A stretch of 60,754 bases of DNA, filler included, from an uncultured bacterium (GTDB lineage Bacteria > DAOPZR01): NCBI GenBank assembly GCA_964637655.1. It is 6 parts of 6 records of this genome, joined end to end, with 100 filler letters (N's around TTAATTAATTAA, not from the genome) between each part and the next. Parts side by side here need not be neighbours in the genome. Positions count along the whole stretch, not along the records: positions 1 to 10,097 come from CAZWUZ010000136.1; positions 10,198 to 20,292 come from CAZWUZ010000137.1; 4 more parts are not named here. The stretch is one strand, 5' to 3'. Position 1 is the first letter of the stretch, and each line of letters starts with the position of its first letter. The notes under the pieces are model-generated. The model saw only the letters and a program-made list of their open reading frames with translations. It ran no database searches and was not told where the DNA came from. Shown one piece after another: positions 8,690-17,319 of this stretch. Made by a program: the position numbers and the translations under genes.

Positions 8690-9833
8690 GCCCGGGAATT
8701 GCGGGGCGCGTTCTTAGACAACAGGGAATCCGACACGACCCCGGACACGGAAGGTTTCTGCGCAGTCAGAAGTCGAAGTTGAAGTCAGCAGTCGCATCTT
8801 CAGGAGGTTGTTGAGAAGCAACAGTTCCATGGAGAGGTGGTGACACCAGGCTGTGACGTCGCTGGATCCGTGAGCGGGAGTCGAAGAGGAACAAAGCGCA
8901 TGGCAGCAGGCGGTTTTCGGACAGACGCCGCGCGGTGCCGGTAGCAAACCCTTGAAACCGGCGTGAAGTTCAGGAGAGTCAGGATCGGCAACGGTTCATC
9001 CCTGCATGGCTGAATACCCTGTGGTGCGGCGGAAGCACGGGAGGGGACGTCGGGTGGCAACACAGTCGGCGGGTCAGTGGGGCAGCACTCTGTAGAACAG
9101 CGTAACGGTAGGAAGGGAACATTCGGGAAGCCGGAGGGATACGGCATCACGAGAAGGCTGCGGAGCGCTAAGCCCAGGAGAGGATACCGGACGGATGACG
9201 AATACCACGCCATCAGTCGAGGGACTGTCTTCCGGAAGAAAGCCGTGAAGCCTTGAAAAAAGGCAGGGCGGCAGCAGGCCCGGAAGGGCTGAGGCTGGAA
9301 GGCAGGGGAAACCTCTGAAGGGCACAGGAACCTCACAGGGGGCACGGGGTTAGTGGCGTAGGCCGCGTTTGACGCCAACGGACCCGGGCAACGGGTAATA
9401 CCGCGAAGGCCTGCAAAAGGTCATGGTGGTCAGGAAAGCCTGAAACGGTGAGTACGTCGTTGCGCGGGGAGAATCCCCCAGAGAGGCAGAGAACCTTAGG
9501 AGGGTAGCTGGACGGTTGGTTGTCGGAGACGGCAGTCGGCGGTCAAAGCGTCGGATTCGGGTAGTTGCTCTGAAGCGGAACTGAACCCCATACGGGGTAA
9601 ACGGAAACCGAGAGGTGATCCGTTATCCGCACCGGAGAATATACCGCGCGGCGTTGGGAAAACGCGAGGCGGGAGAGTCGGCAGAGATGCTGATGATGGC
9701 CGGTGCGCTGCATCCCGAGAGGGGAAGCAAACCGCACGAGAGCAGATGAGCCGCAAGGTGCGTCAGCCCGGTTCCGGGAGAAAACCCTGAAAAGGACACC
9801 CTGTTGTCAGAATAGCGACTGTGATTTCCGGGC
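8690..9833 (+). ncRNA. Large structured non-coding RNA candidate, copy 1 (~1.14 kb, family unassigned)
   Basis: No credible ORF. 5' GCCCGGGAATTGCGG (8690-8704) pairs with CTGTGATTTCCGGGC (9819-9833), and GACAACAGGG pairs with CCCTGTTGTC. Multiple GNRA hairpins; collinear homology to 21612-22778. Confidence 0.85.
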
Positions 9834-10097
9834 CTTTTGTCTGCCCTGCCGGTTTTCACTCAGTTGCCGACAATCTGCTTTCCTGCGACATGAGCAGGCT
9901 GTTGAAAAAATCTTTCCGGCACTATCCTCCACATTCCCGAATCGTTGCCCCCGGGTTGTGTAATCGGGGAAATCGGGAATCCATCTTCAGTGAACAAAGG
10001 ACTGCTGATGGAAAAGGGGAAAGATGCGGGGAAAAGGACTGGACTACCTGCGGACTCGATAACCGCGCGCCCACGCCCGATGCATGTCCTGCCGGCA

Positions 10098-10197
10098 NNN
10101 NNNNNNNNNNNNNNNNNNNNNNNNNNNNNNNNNNNNNNNNNTTAATTAATTAANNNNNNNNNNNNNNNNNNNNNNNNNNNNNNNNNNNNNNNNNNNN
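10098..10197. other. Artificial contig spacer
   Basis: N-run / TTAATTAATTAA / N-run, 100 bp. Confidence 0.99.
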
Positions 10198-12005
10198 TGC
10201 GCATCGTTGACCGTGATGGCGTCGCTGGAATGACGCAGCAGCTGCTGCAGGCGGTCCTCGCTGTGGCGCAGGGCGTCCTCGGCGGCGCGTCGCTCGCTGA
10301 TGTCGGTAGCGGAGGCAATGAGGTGGGTGATGGCGCCATGTTCGTCGCGCAGCGGGCGGAGCGAAAAGTCGATGGTCTGGCGCGCCCCGTCCGCGATGCG
10401 GAAATCCAGGTCAGCACGCTGCACCGTGCCGGTCGCCGCCGCGTGAACCATCGCCCGCACCCGGGCCGCGACCGCCGGATCATGCGTCCACCACGGGCAG
10501 TCCCAGAACTTGCGCCCGACGACATCGAGTTCGGTCAGACCCGCCGCATCGAGCGGCGAACGGTTGACGGTAAGCACCGTGCCGTCGGTCTCGAGCAGCG
10601 CGGCATAGGGCATCATGCCGTCGAGCACGCGGTGCAGGAAGCGCTGCTCCTCGCGCAGCAGCGCCTCGCTCATCTTGCGCGCGGTGATGTCGGTGGCCAT
10701 CCCCTCGATGAGGATGGCCTCCCCTTCCCGCCGCCGCCCGAGACTGCGGTCGCGCAGCCAGCGCCACTGTCCGTGCGCGTCGCGCACGCGGTACTCAAGG
10801 TCGAAACTCCCCCCCTGCAGGAACCGCGTTATGGCCTCGTGCACGCGCGGCGCATCATCCGGATGGATGCTCTCCGCCCAGCGGTTGGGCTGCGCGAGCA
10901 GCTGCTGCGGGGTGAGCCCGAAAACCGCCGTCACCCCGGCCGAGTAGTAGATGCCGCCGCGCTGTGAGTGATATATGTAGATGACATGCGGCAGCGCCTC
11001 CACCAGCCGCCGGTAGCGGTCTTCGCTCTCGCGCAGTGCCCGCAACTGCTCCTCGCGCGCGGTAATGTCATGCCCGACCCAGAACACGCGGCGCGGATTA
11101 TCGAGCGGCTGCGCGTCCCACATGATGCTGCGCCAGGTACCGTCGCGGTGGCGGTAGCGGTTGACAAAATCGCGCACCGGCTCGCCCCGCTCGAGTGCCG
11201 CCATCGCCTGCCGCGTATGCTCCACGTCGTCAGGATGCACGAATTCAAGGAACCGCTGCCCGGACAGGCGCTGCAGGTCGAAGCCGAGCGTCGCCTGCCA
11301 GGCGCGGTTGACCTGGTGGATGACCCCGTCGAACCCGGTGACGCTGAGCAGGTCGAGCGACAGGTCGAATTCCTGCTTCTGCTGTTCGAGTTGTCCCTGC
11401 AGGCGCTGATGGACGGTGCGGTAGGCCGCTGCCAGCCGGTCGAGTTCGTCCTGCGGCCCGGCTGCCGGCAGCGGGATACGCCCGGCACTAATGTCGTCGG
11501 TCAGGCGGCACAGCGGACGGAACAGCAGCAGGCGCAGCAGCAGTGCGTTGATGCCGACAACCAGCAGCAGGACCGCGGCATCAAATGCCAGAGCACGGCT
11601 TGCCCGCTGCCACGCATCAGCGCGCAGCATTTCTTCATCAGCGTATAACTGCAGCACTGCCCCCCCCGTAAGCGCGATGGCGTAGTGACGACAATCGCTG
11701 CCCGGCAGCCCGACGCTGATGGCGGGCTGACCGGGACGCAGCAGCATTGCCGCGGTCAGCGGCCGGTTATTGGTGATACCATGCAGGGCAAGAATCAGCA
11801 GGTCTTCATGCCCGCTTGTCAGGTGATGATTGAGTTCGCGCACGCGGGCCTGCCGCGCGCGCTGCAGGTGCTGTGCCAGCACCGCTTCCGCTTCGCGCAG
11901 TCCGGTATGGTAATCGATAGCAGCGAGCAACGCGAGCAACGCAAGCCCATAGGCAGCCAGCCAGACAGCAATGCGCCGGCCGATGCTGACGCGACTGCTG
12001 CTCAT
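10198..12005 (-). CDS. Membrane sensor with HAMP-like and multiple PAS/PAC domains (3' end lost at gap)
   Basis: Two TM segments, DELDRLAAAY (HAMP-like), repeated HPDD and DIT.RK motifs; runs into the spacer, so the output domain is unknown. Confidence 0.85.
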
Positions 12006-14674
12006 CCCGCCGCTTCCTGCAGCAGGCGCGCGAGGTCATGCAGGTCGAACGGCTTGGGGAGCAGTTTCGCCCCGCCGCAGGCACGGTACTGCTGTTCGAC
12101 CGTGCCGGCATCGAGCGCCCCGCTGATGACGATAATGCCCACCTGCGGCTTGCGGGCGCGGGCGCGCCGCGCCAGTTCCGGGCTGGTCGTCCCCGGGATG
12201 TTGAAATCGAGGATGAGCAGGTCGTACTCCGTCTCCGCCAGCAGCGCGGCAGCGCTGTCGCCATCCGGCACGCAGTCGACCGTATGGCCGCGCTCGCGCA
12301 GCCATTCACCGACGGAGTGGAGGATGGCCTCCTCGTCGTCGACCAGCAGCAGGCGCAGCGGCCGCGCGGGTGCCATCGCCAGCGGTGTCGCCGGCGCGGC
12401 CACCGCGCTTTCGGCCGCGGTCGCCGGAAGCGCCACGGTAAACGTCGTCCCCGTATCCGGGTTGCTGTCTACGGTGATACGCCCGTGATGCGCCGCGATA
12501 ATGGCGGCGCTGACCGCCAGCCCGAGCCCGGTGCCATGCCGTCCCTGCGTCGCACCGCTCTTGGTGGTGAAAAACGGGGTGAAGAGCCGGGTTTTCACGG
12601 TCTCGCTCATCCCGCTGCCGTCGTCGGCCACCGTCACCACCGCCATCCCGTCCGTGCGCTGCACCGTCAGGCGCAGCGTGCCGCGCCCGTGCCCGTGCAT
12701 CGCCTCGCGCGCATTGAGGATGAGGTTGAGAAAAACCTGCTGCAACTGCCCCGCGTCCGCCGCCAGCGGCGCGTCATCGGCATAGTCGCGCACGACGCTG
12801 ATATTCTCGACCGCCAGCGCCTTTGCCTGCAGGCGCACGCACTCGTCGAGCACCTGCCCGAGCCGCACCGGCACGGGGCGCGGCGGGCGCGGACGCGAGA
12901 ATGAGAGCATGTCGCGCACGATGTCCGCACCGCGGCGCGTCTGTTCCTCGACCGTGCGCAGCACCCGCTCACATTCGGGGAGTGCCCGTTCATGCTCGTG
13001 CGCGAGGAGCAGCTGCGCGTTGGTGCGGATAATGGCCAGCACATTGTTGAACTCGTGCGCGATACCCGCCGCCAGCTGCCCGACCGCCGACAGTTTCGCC
13101 GCCTGTACCAGCTGTTCCTGCAGCTGATGTTCGCGGGTGACGTCGCGCAGCAGCGCCACCGCGTAGCGCCCGCCCGCAGCGGTGCGGAAGGCGGCAAACA
13201 TTCCCGCCGCACGCCCCGCCTCACCGCGCAGCAGCAGCGGTTCGGGCGACCCGCCCGCCAGCACGCGTTCCCGTGCCGCCGCCGGCAGCGCGCCGTCGAG
13301 CAGCGCCGCAGCACTCCGTTCGCCCGCCAGCCGTTGCCCCAGCAGGCGTTCCCCTTCCGCGTTCACCGTCTGCAGCGCGCCATCCGCGGCAAAGAGCAGC
13401 AGCCCGATGCCGGCATGCTCGACCAGCAGGCGGTAGCGCTCCTCGCTCTCCGCGAGCTGCGCATGGATCCACTTGAGTTCGGTGATATCGGTGAAGGCGG
13501 CGATGCACCCGCCCGTTTCGGGGAGCGGGTTGACCCGCAGCAGCACGGGGAGCGGCACCCCGTAGGGAACATGCAGCTGCGTCTCGCCAAGCCACCCTTC
13601 CCCCTCGCGCAGGCGGCGGCTGACCACTTCATGCGTGGCAGGGTCGGCGAACAGCCCGGCAAAACGGAGCGACTGTTCCGGCTGCTCCGCCCCGGTCAGA
13701 CAGCGGCAGGCGGCGTTGGCATAGAGAATCTCGCCGTCGCGACCGGTGATGAGCACCGCATCGCCGGCATGGTCGAGCGCGGCCCCGATGCGGCGCAGCT
13801 GCACCGCGGTCTGCTCGCGCTCGGTAACATCGCGGATGATGCCCAGCGTGCCGCAGAACACCTTGTCGGGATCGCTCACCTCGCCGAAGAACTCGCCGCA
13901 GGCGCTGACTTCGCCCCAGACGGGCGACTCGTCCGCGCCCGGCGCCGCGCGGCGCTGCAGGCGCACGCGCAGGTGGCGGGTCATGCGCTCGCCGGTGCGC
14001 CGCTCGTCAAACAGCCGCGGCGCCTGCTCGCCCAGTGCTTTTCCCGCGACGGCCGGGAGCACCAGTTCGCGGCAGCAGGTCGCGGCATCGTCGGGATGCA
14101 GCAGGATGCGGAAATGGCGCCCGAGCAGTTCCTCCGGCCGCCACCCGAGCTGTGCCACCGCGCGATTGACAAAGAGGATCATCCCGTCGGCATCGAGCCG
14201 GTAGATGATGTCGGGCACCGTGTCGACCAGCGTGCGGTACTCGTCTTCGCGCCGCCGCAGCCGGCCCTCCATCGTCTGCAGCCGCGCCGCGTCCGTATGC
14301 CGCGCCGCCGCCGCCGCCAGTGCGCGCGCGATGGCCGGCAGCAGCCGCGCCGGGCGGTCCTTGAGGATGAAATCGTCCGCTCCCGCGCGCATCACCGCGA
14401 CCGCCTGCTCCTCGCCGATCTGTCCCGAAACGATGATGACCGGCACGTGCGGCAGCGCGGCCCGCACCTGCTGCAGCGCCGCCATCCCGCCGAACCCCGG
14501 CAGGGTATAATCGGCAATGACCAGATCGCACGGCTCGCGCAGCGCCGCGTCGAGCGCAGCCGCGTCGGCCACGCGCACGGCCGCCAGGTCATAGCCCGCC
14601 TTGCGCAGCTCGCGCGTCAGCAGCAGGTAGTCGTCCTCGTTGTCCTCGACGACAATCAGGCGCAGCGGCGGCAT
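12002..14674 (-). CDS. Hybrid histidine kinase (REC-PAS3-HisKA-HATPase-REC)
   Basis: N-terminal receiver (VEDNEDD, IADY, GADDFILK), AGIAHEFNN H-box, QVFLNLILNA, PFFTTK, GTGLGL, C-terminal receiver (LVDDE, KPF). Confidence 0.93.
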   Translation of the reverse strand: MPPLRLIVVEDNEDDYLLLTRELRKAGYDLAAVRVADAAALDAALREPCDLVIADYTLPGFGGMAALQQVRAALPHVPVIIVSGQIGEEQAVAVMRAGADDFILKDRPARLLPAIARALAAAAARHTDAARLQTMEGRLRRREDEYRTLVDTVPDIIYRLDADGMILFVNRAVAQLGWRPEELLGRHFRILLHPDDAATCCRELVLPAVAGKALGEQAPRLFDERRTGERMTRHLRVRLQRRAAPGADESPVWGEVSACGEFFGEVSDPDKVFCGTLGIIRDVTEREQTAVQLRRIGAALDHAGDAVLITGRDGEILYANAACRCLTGAEQPEQSLRFAGLFADPATHEVVSRRLREGEGWLGETQLHVPYGVPLPVLLRVNPLPETGGCIAAFTDITELKWIHAQLAESEERYRLLVEHAGIGLLLFAADGALQTVNAEGERLLGQRLAGERSAAALLDGALPAAARERVLAGGSPEPLLLRGEAGRAAGMFAAFRTAAGGRYAVALLRDVTREHQLQEQLVQAAKLSAVGQLAAGIAHEFNNVLAIIRTNAQLLLAHEHERALPECERVLRTVEEQTRRGADIVRDMLSFSRPRPPRPVPVRLGQVLDECVRLQAKALAVENISVVRDYADDAPLAADAGQLQQVFLNLILNAREAMHGHGRGTLRLTVQRTDGMAVVTVADDGSGMSETVKTRLFTPFFTTKSGATQGRHGTGLGLAVSAAIIAAHHGRITVDSNPDTGTTFTVALPATAAESAVAAPATPLAMAPARPLRLLLVDDEEAILHSVGEWLRERGHTVDCVPDGDSAAALLAETEYDLLILDFNIPGTTSPELARRARARKPQVGIIVISGALDAGTVEQQYRACGGAKLLPKPFDLHDLARLLQEAAG

Positions 14675-14676
14675 CG

Positions 14677-15099
14677 TCAGTGGCCTCCCGGCGGGGTATT
14701 GAGCAGCAGCCAGTACTGGTGCAGCTGCTGCACCGCGGCGCAGAACTGCTCCGAATCGACCGGCTTGCGGATGTAGCTGTTCGTCCCCAGCCGGTACCCC
14801 TCGATGATATCGCGCTGCTCGTTCGAGGTGGTGAAGATGACCACCGGGAGCAGGCGCAGGTGTTCGTCAGCGCGCACCTGCCGCAGCACTTCGAGCCCGT
14901 CGATTTTCGGCAGTTTCAGGTCGAGCAGCACCAGTTGCGGCAGCGTGGCGCAGTCGCGCAGCATGGCGAGCGCCTCCTCGCCGTCGCGGGCCACGGTAAC
15001 CGGATTGGCGATGCGCCCCTGGCGCAACGCCCTGATGGTCAGTTCGGCATCGTCGGGATTGTCCTCGACGAGCAGCAGGTACGCTTCCGTGGTCTGCAT
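14677..15099 (-). CDS. Single-domain response regulator (Rcp1-like)
   Basis: LLVEDNPDD, LLDLKLPKIDG, PVVIFTTS, NSYIRKPV. Confidence 0.93.
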   Translation of the reverse strand: MQTTEAYLLLVEDNPDDAELTIRALRQGRIANPVTVARDGEEALAMLRDCATLPQLVLLDLKLPKIDGLEVLRQVRADEHLRLLPVVIFTTSNEQRDIIEGYRLGTNSYIRKPVDSEQFCAAVQQLHQYWLLLNTPPGGH

Positions 15100-15117
15100 A
15101 TCCTCTCCTCCGTTTTC

Positions 15118-17319
15118 TCAGCCAAGTGTAAAGGTGAATGCCGCGCCCGTGCCGGGCGCCCCCGTCGCGGTGATTTCTCCGCCGTGCCGGTGGACAATGC
15201 GCTGCGCCACCGGCAGTCCGATGCCCGTACCGGGGAATTCATCGTCGCGATGCAGGCGCTGGAACGGCTGGAACAGCTTTTCCGCGTAGCGCGGGTCGTA
15301 GCCGGCACCGTTGTCCGCCACCGTGTAGCGCACCGTCCCGTGGTCGGCATCCGCGGTGAACGTGATGCGCGCCGCCGCCGTGCGTCCCGTGAACTTCCAC
15401 GCGTTGTCAAGCAGGTTCTGCAGCAGCAACCGGAGCAGGCGGGGGTCACCCTGCGCCTGCAGGCCGTCAGTAAGTTCCACGGTCACCACGCGCTCCGGCT
15501 GCGCCGCCTGCAGTTCGCGCACCACCTCATGCGCCAGCGCGCTCAGGTCGACCGTCTCCTGGCGCAGTTCATGGCGCGCCACCCGCGACAGGTCGAGCAG
15601 GTCGTCGATAATGCGCCCGAGGCGCTGCGCCCCGCTGCGGATACGCGCGAGGTAGTGCTGCGCCTCCGCCGGCAGGGCCGCCGCGTGGTCCTCGCTCAGC
15701 GCCTGCCCGTAGCCGTCGATAGCGCGCAGCGGCGCGCGCAGGTCATGCGCCACGGAATAGGCGAAGGCCTCGAGTTCGCGGTTGACGCGCGCCAGTTCCG
15801 CAGTGCGCACCGTCACCATCTCCTCGAGATGGTCGCGGTAGCGCGCCACTTCCGTCTCGGCCGCTGTCCGCTCGCTGACATCGCGGATGAAGGCGACCGC
15901 GAGATTCTGTCCGCCGTCGGCAACCACGGTCAGCGACACTTCCACCGGCACCGGGTCGCCCGCCGCCGGCCTGGCCTGCACGCCGGTTGCCAGCCCGCCA
16001 CCGGCCGTCACCGCGGCGGCCAGTGCCGGCAGTGCCGTTGGGTCGAACCACGTCCGCCAGCTGCTGCCGCACAGTGCCCCGGCCGGTGTGCGCAGCAGCA
16101 GCGCCGCCCGCGGGTTGGCGGCAACCACCGTGTCGTCCGCCGTGCCGAAGAGCAGCACCGCGTCGCGCGCCGTTTCGATGATACGCCGGTAGCGTTCTTC
16201 GGAACGGCGCACCCGCTCCTCCGCCTCGCGCGTCGCGGTGATGTCCTGCGTGACGGAGAGCACCCCGGTGATGGTGCCGGTTCCGTCGCGGTACGGGACT
16301 TTCTCGATGTAGACCCAGCGGGTGCGTCCCTGCCACTGCTGCTCCTCGACGACTGTCAGCGGTTCGCCGCCCTGCAGCACCTGCGCATCCTGCGCCTGCG
16401 CGCGCGCGGCGCGCTCGGGCATCAGTTCGGCAAAGGTACGTCCCTGCATCTGCGCCGGGGTCATCCCGTGCAGCGCCGCCGCCGCGGCATTGCAGTGCAG
16501 CAGCACCCCCGCGCGGTCCTTGAGCCAGACCCCGACCGGGATGCGCGCGAGAATGGCCTCCGTCTCCCGCTGCAGCGCGGCCACCTGCTCGCGCGCCGTG
16601 TGCAGGTCGGTGACATCATCGAAACTCTCGATGCCGCCGCACACCGCGCCCTGCGCGTCGCGCAGCACATCGACATTCTTGCTGATCTTCCGCTGCTGCC
16701 CGTCGCGCGTGCGGATACGGCACTGCCGCCCGTGTATCGGTTTGGGGACCCCGTCGTCAAACAGACCGCAGCCGTCGCGGCAGGGTTGCTCCGCGAAGAG
16801 CGTGCAGGGCTGCCCGAGCATCTCCGCCGCGGCAAACCCGGTGATTTCCTCCGCGCGGCGGTTCCACGAGGTGATGCGCTTCTCCCGGTCGACCGTAAAG
16901 ACCGCGCTCGGGACGATCTGCCGCAGGTGCTCGAGTTCCTCGCGCGTCCGCGCCGCCGCCTGCGCCGCGCTCTCGTCACGCACCACCGCCACCACGTCGC
17001 CACTGTCGAGCGGGTGCAGATCGGCAACGAACGGCATGTCACCTGCCGGCATGGGGAGGGTATAGGCGATACGCACCGCCGTGCGATGCGCCCGCGCCCG
17101 CTGCAGCCCGTCAGTCAGCAGCGCCGCCGTATCGCGCGGCAGTACCTCGTCGAGACGCCGGTTGAGAAAGAGTTCCGGGGCCACGTAGAGGCGGCTGCTG
17201 CGGCCAGCAGCGTAGCTGCGGATGATATTCTGCGCATCGACCCGGAAATAGATGTCGGGAATGACCGCGAGGATGGCTTCGAGTTCCGCCGCGCTGGCCG
17301 CGCCCCGCTGCTCAGCCAT
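15118..17319 (-). CDS. Multi-PAS sensor histidine kinase
   Basis: Likely start MAEQRG at 17319; four PAS-like repeats, FAYSVAHDLRAPLR H-box, NLLDNAWKF, DNGAG, F.RLH, GTGIGL. Confidence 0.9.
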   Translation of the reverse strand: MAEQRGAASAAELEAILAVIPDIYFRVDAQNIIRSYAAGRSSRLYVAPELFLNRRLDEVLPRDTAALLTDGLQRARAHRTAVRIAYTLPMPAGDMPFVADLHPLDSGDVVAVVRDESAAQAAARTREELEHLRQIVPSAVFTVDREKRITSWNRRAEEITGFAAAEMLGQPCTLFAEQPCRDGCGLFDDGVPKPIHGRQCRIRTRDGQQRKISKNVDVLRDAQGAVCGGIESFDDVTDLHTAREQVAALQRETEAILARIPVGVWLKDRAGVLLHCNAAAAALHGMTPAQMQGRTFAELMPERAARAQAQDAQVLQGGEPLTVVEEQQWQGRTRWVYIEKVPYRDGTGTITGVLSVTQDITATREAEERVRRSEERYRRIIETARDAVLLFGTADDTVVAANPRAALLLRTPAGALCGSSWRTWFDPTALPALAAAVTAGGGLATGVQARPAAGDPVPVEVSLTVVADGGQNLAVAFIRDVSERTAAETEVARYRDHLEEMVTVRTAELARVNRELEAFAYSVAHDLRAPLRAIDGYGQALSEDHAAALPAEAQHYLARIRSGAQRLGRIIDDLLDLSRVARHELRQETVDLSALAHEVVRELQAAQPERVVTVELTDGLQAQGDPRLLRLLLQNLLDNAWKFTGRTAAARITFTADADHGTVRYTVADNGAGYDPRYAEKLFQPFQRLHRDDEFPGTGIGLPVAQRIVHRHGGEITATGAPGTGAAFTFTLG

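Noticed and set aside
8800-9378. Minus-strand ORFs of 190 aa or less across copy 1, and those at 21519-22766 across copy 2
   Set aside because: They are Pro/Ser/Arg-rich with no recognisable motifs, and the spacing between shared blocks varies irregularly between the copies.
9748-9775. GAGCCG...CGGTTC near the 3' end of ncRNA copy 1, resembling group II intron domain V
   Set aside because: It is too short (27 nt) and absent from copy 2. There is no GTGCG 5' boundary or interrupted gene, and the segment folds equally well as a GCAA-capped hairpin.
8690-9833. The large elements as degenerate 16S/23S rRNA, RNase P RNA, tmRNA or tandem glycine riboswitches
   Set aside because: I found no universal rRNA motifs, no GAGGAAAGUCC P4 signature and no tRNA-like ends. 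The GGAGAG/CTCTG words lack the riboswitch arrangement. This still needs an Rfam scan.
10098-10197. TTAATTAATTAA repeated about every 10 kb
   Set aside because: It is an artificial six-frame-stop contig linker flanked by Ns.
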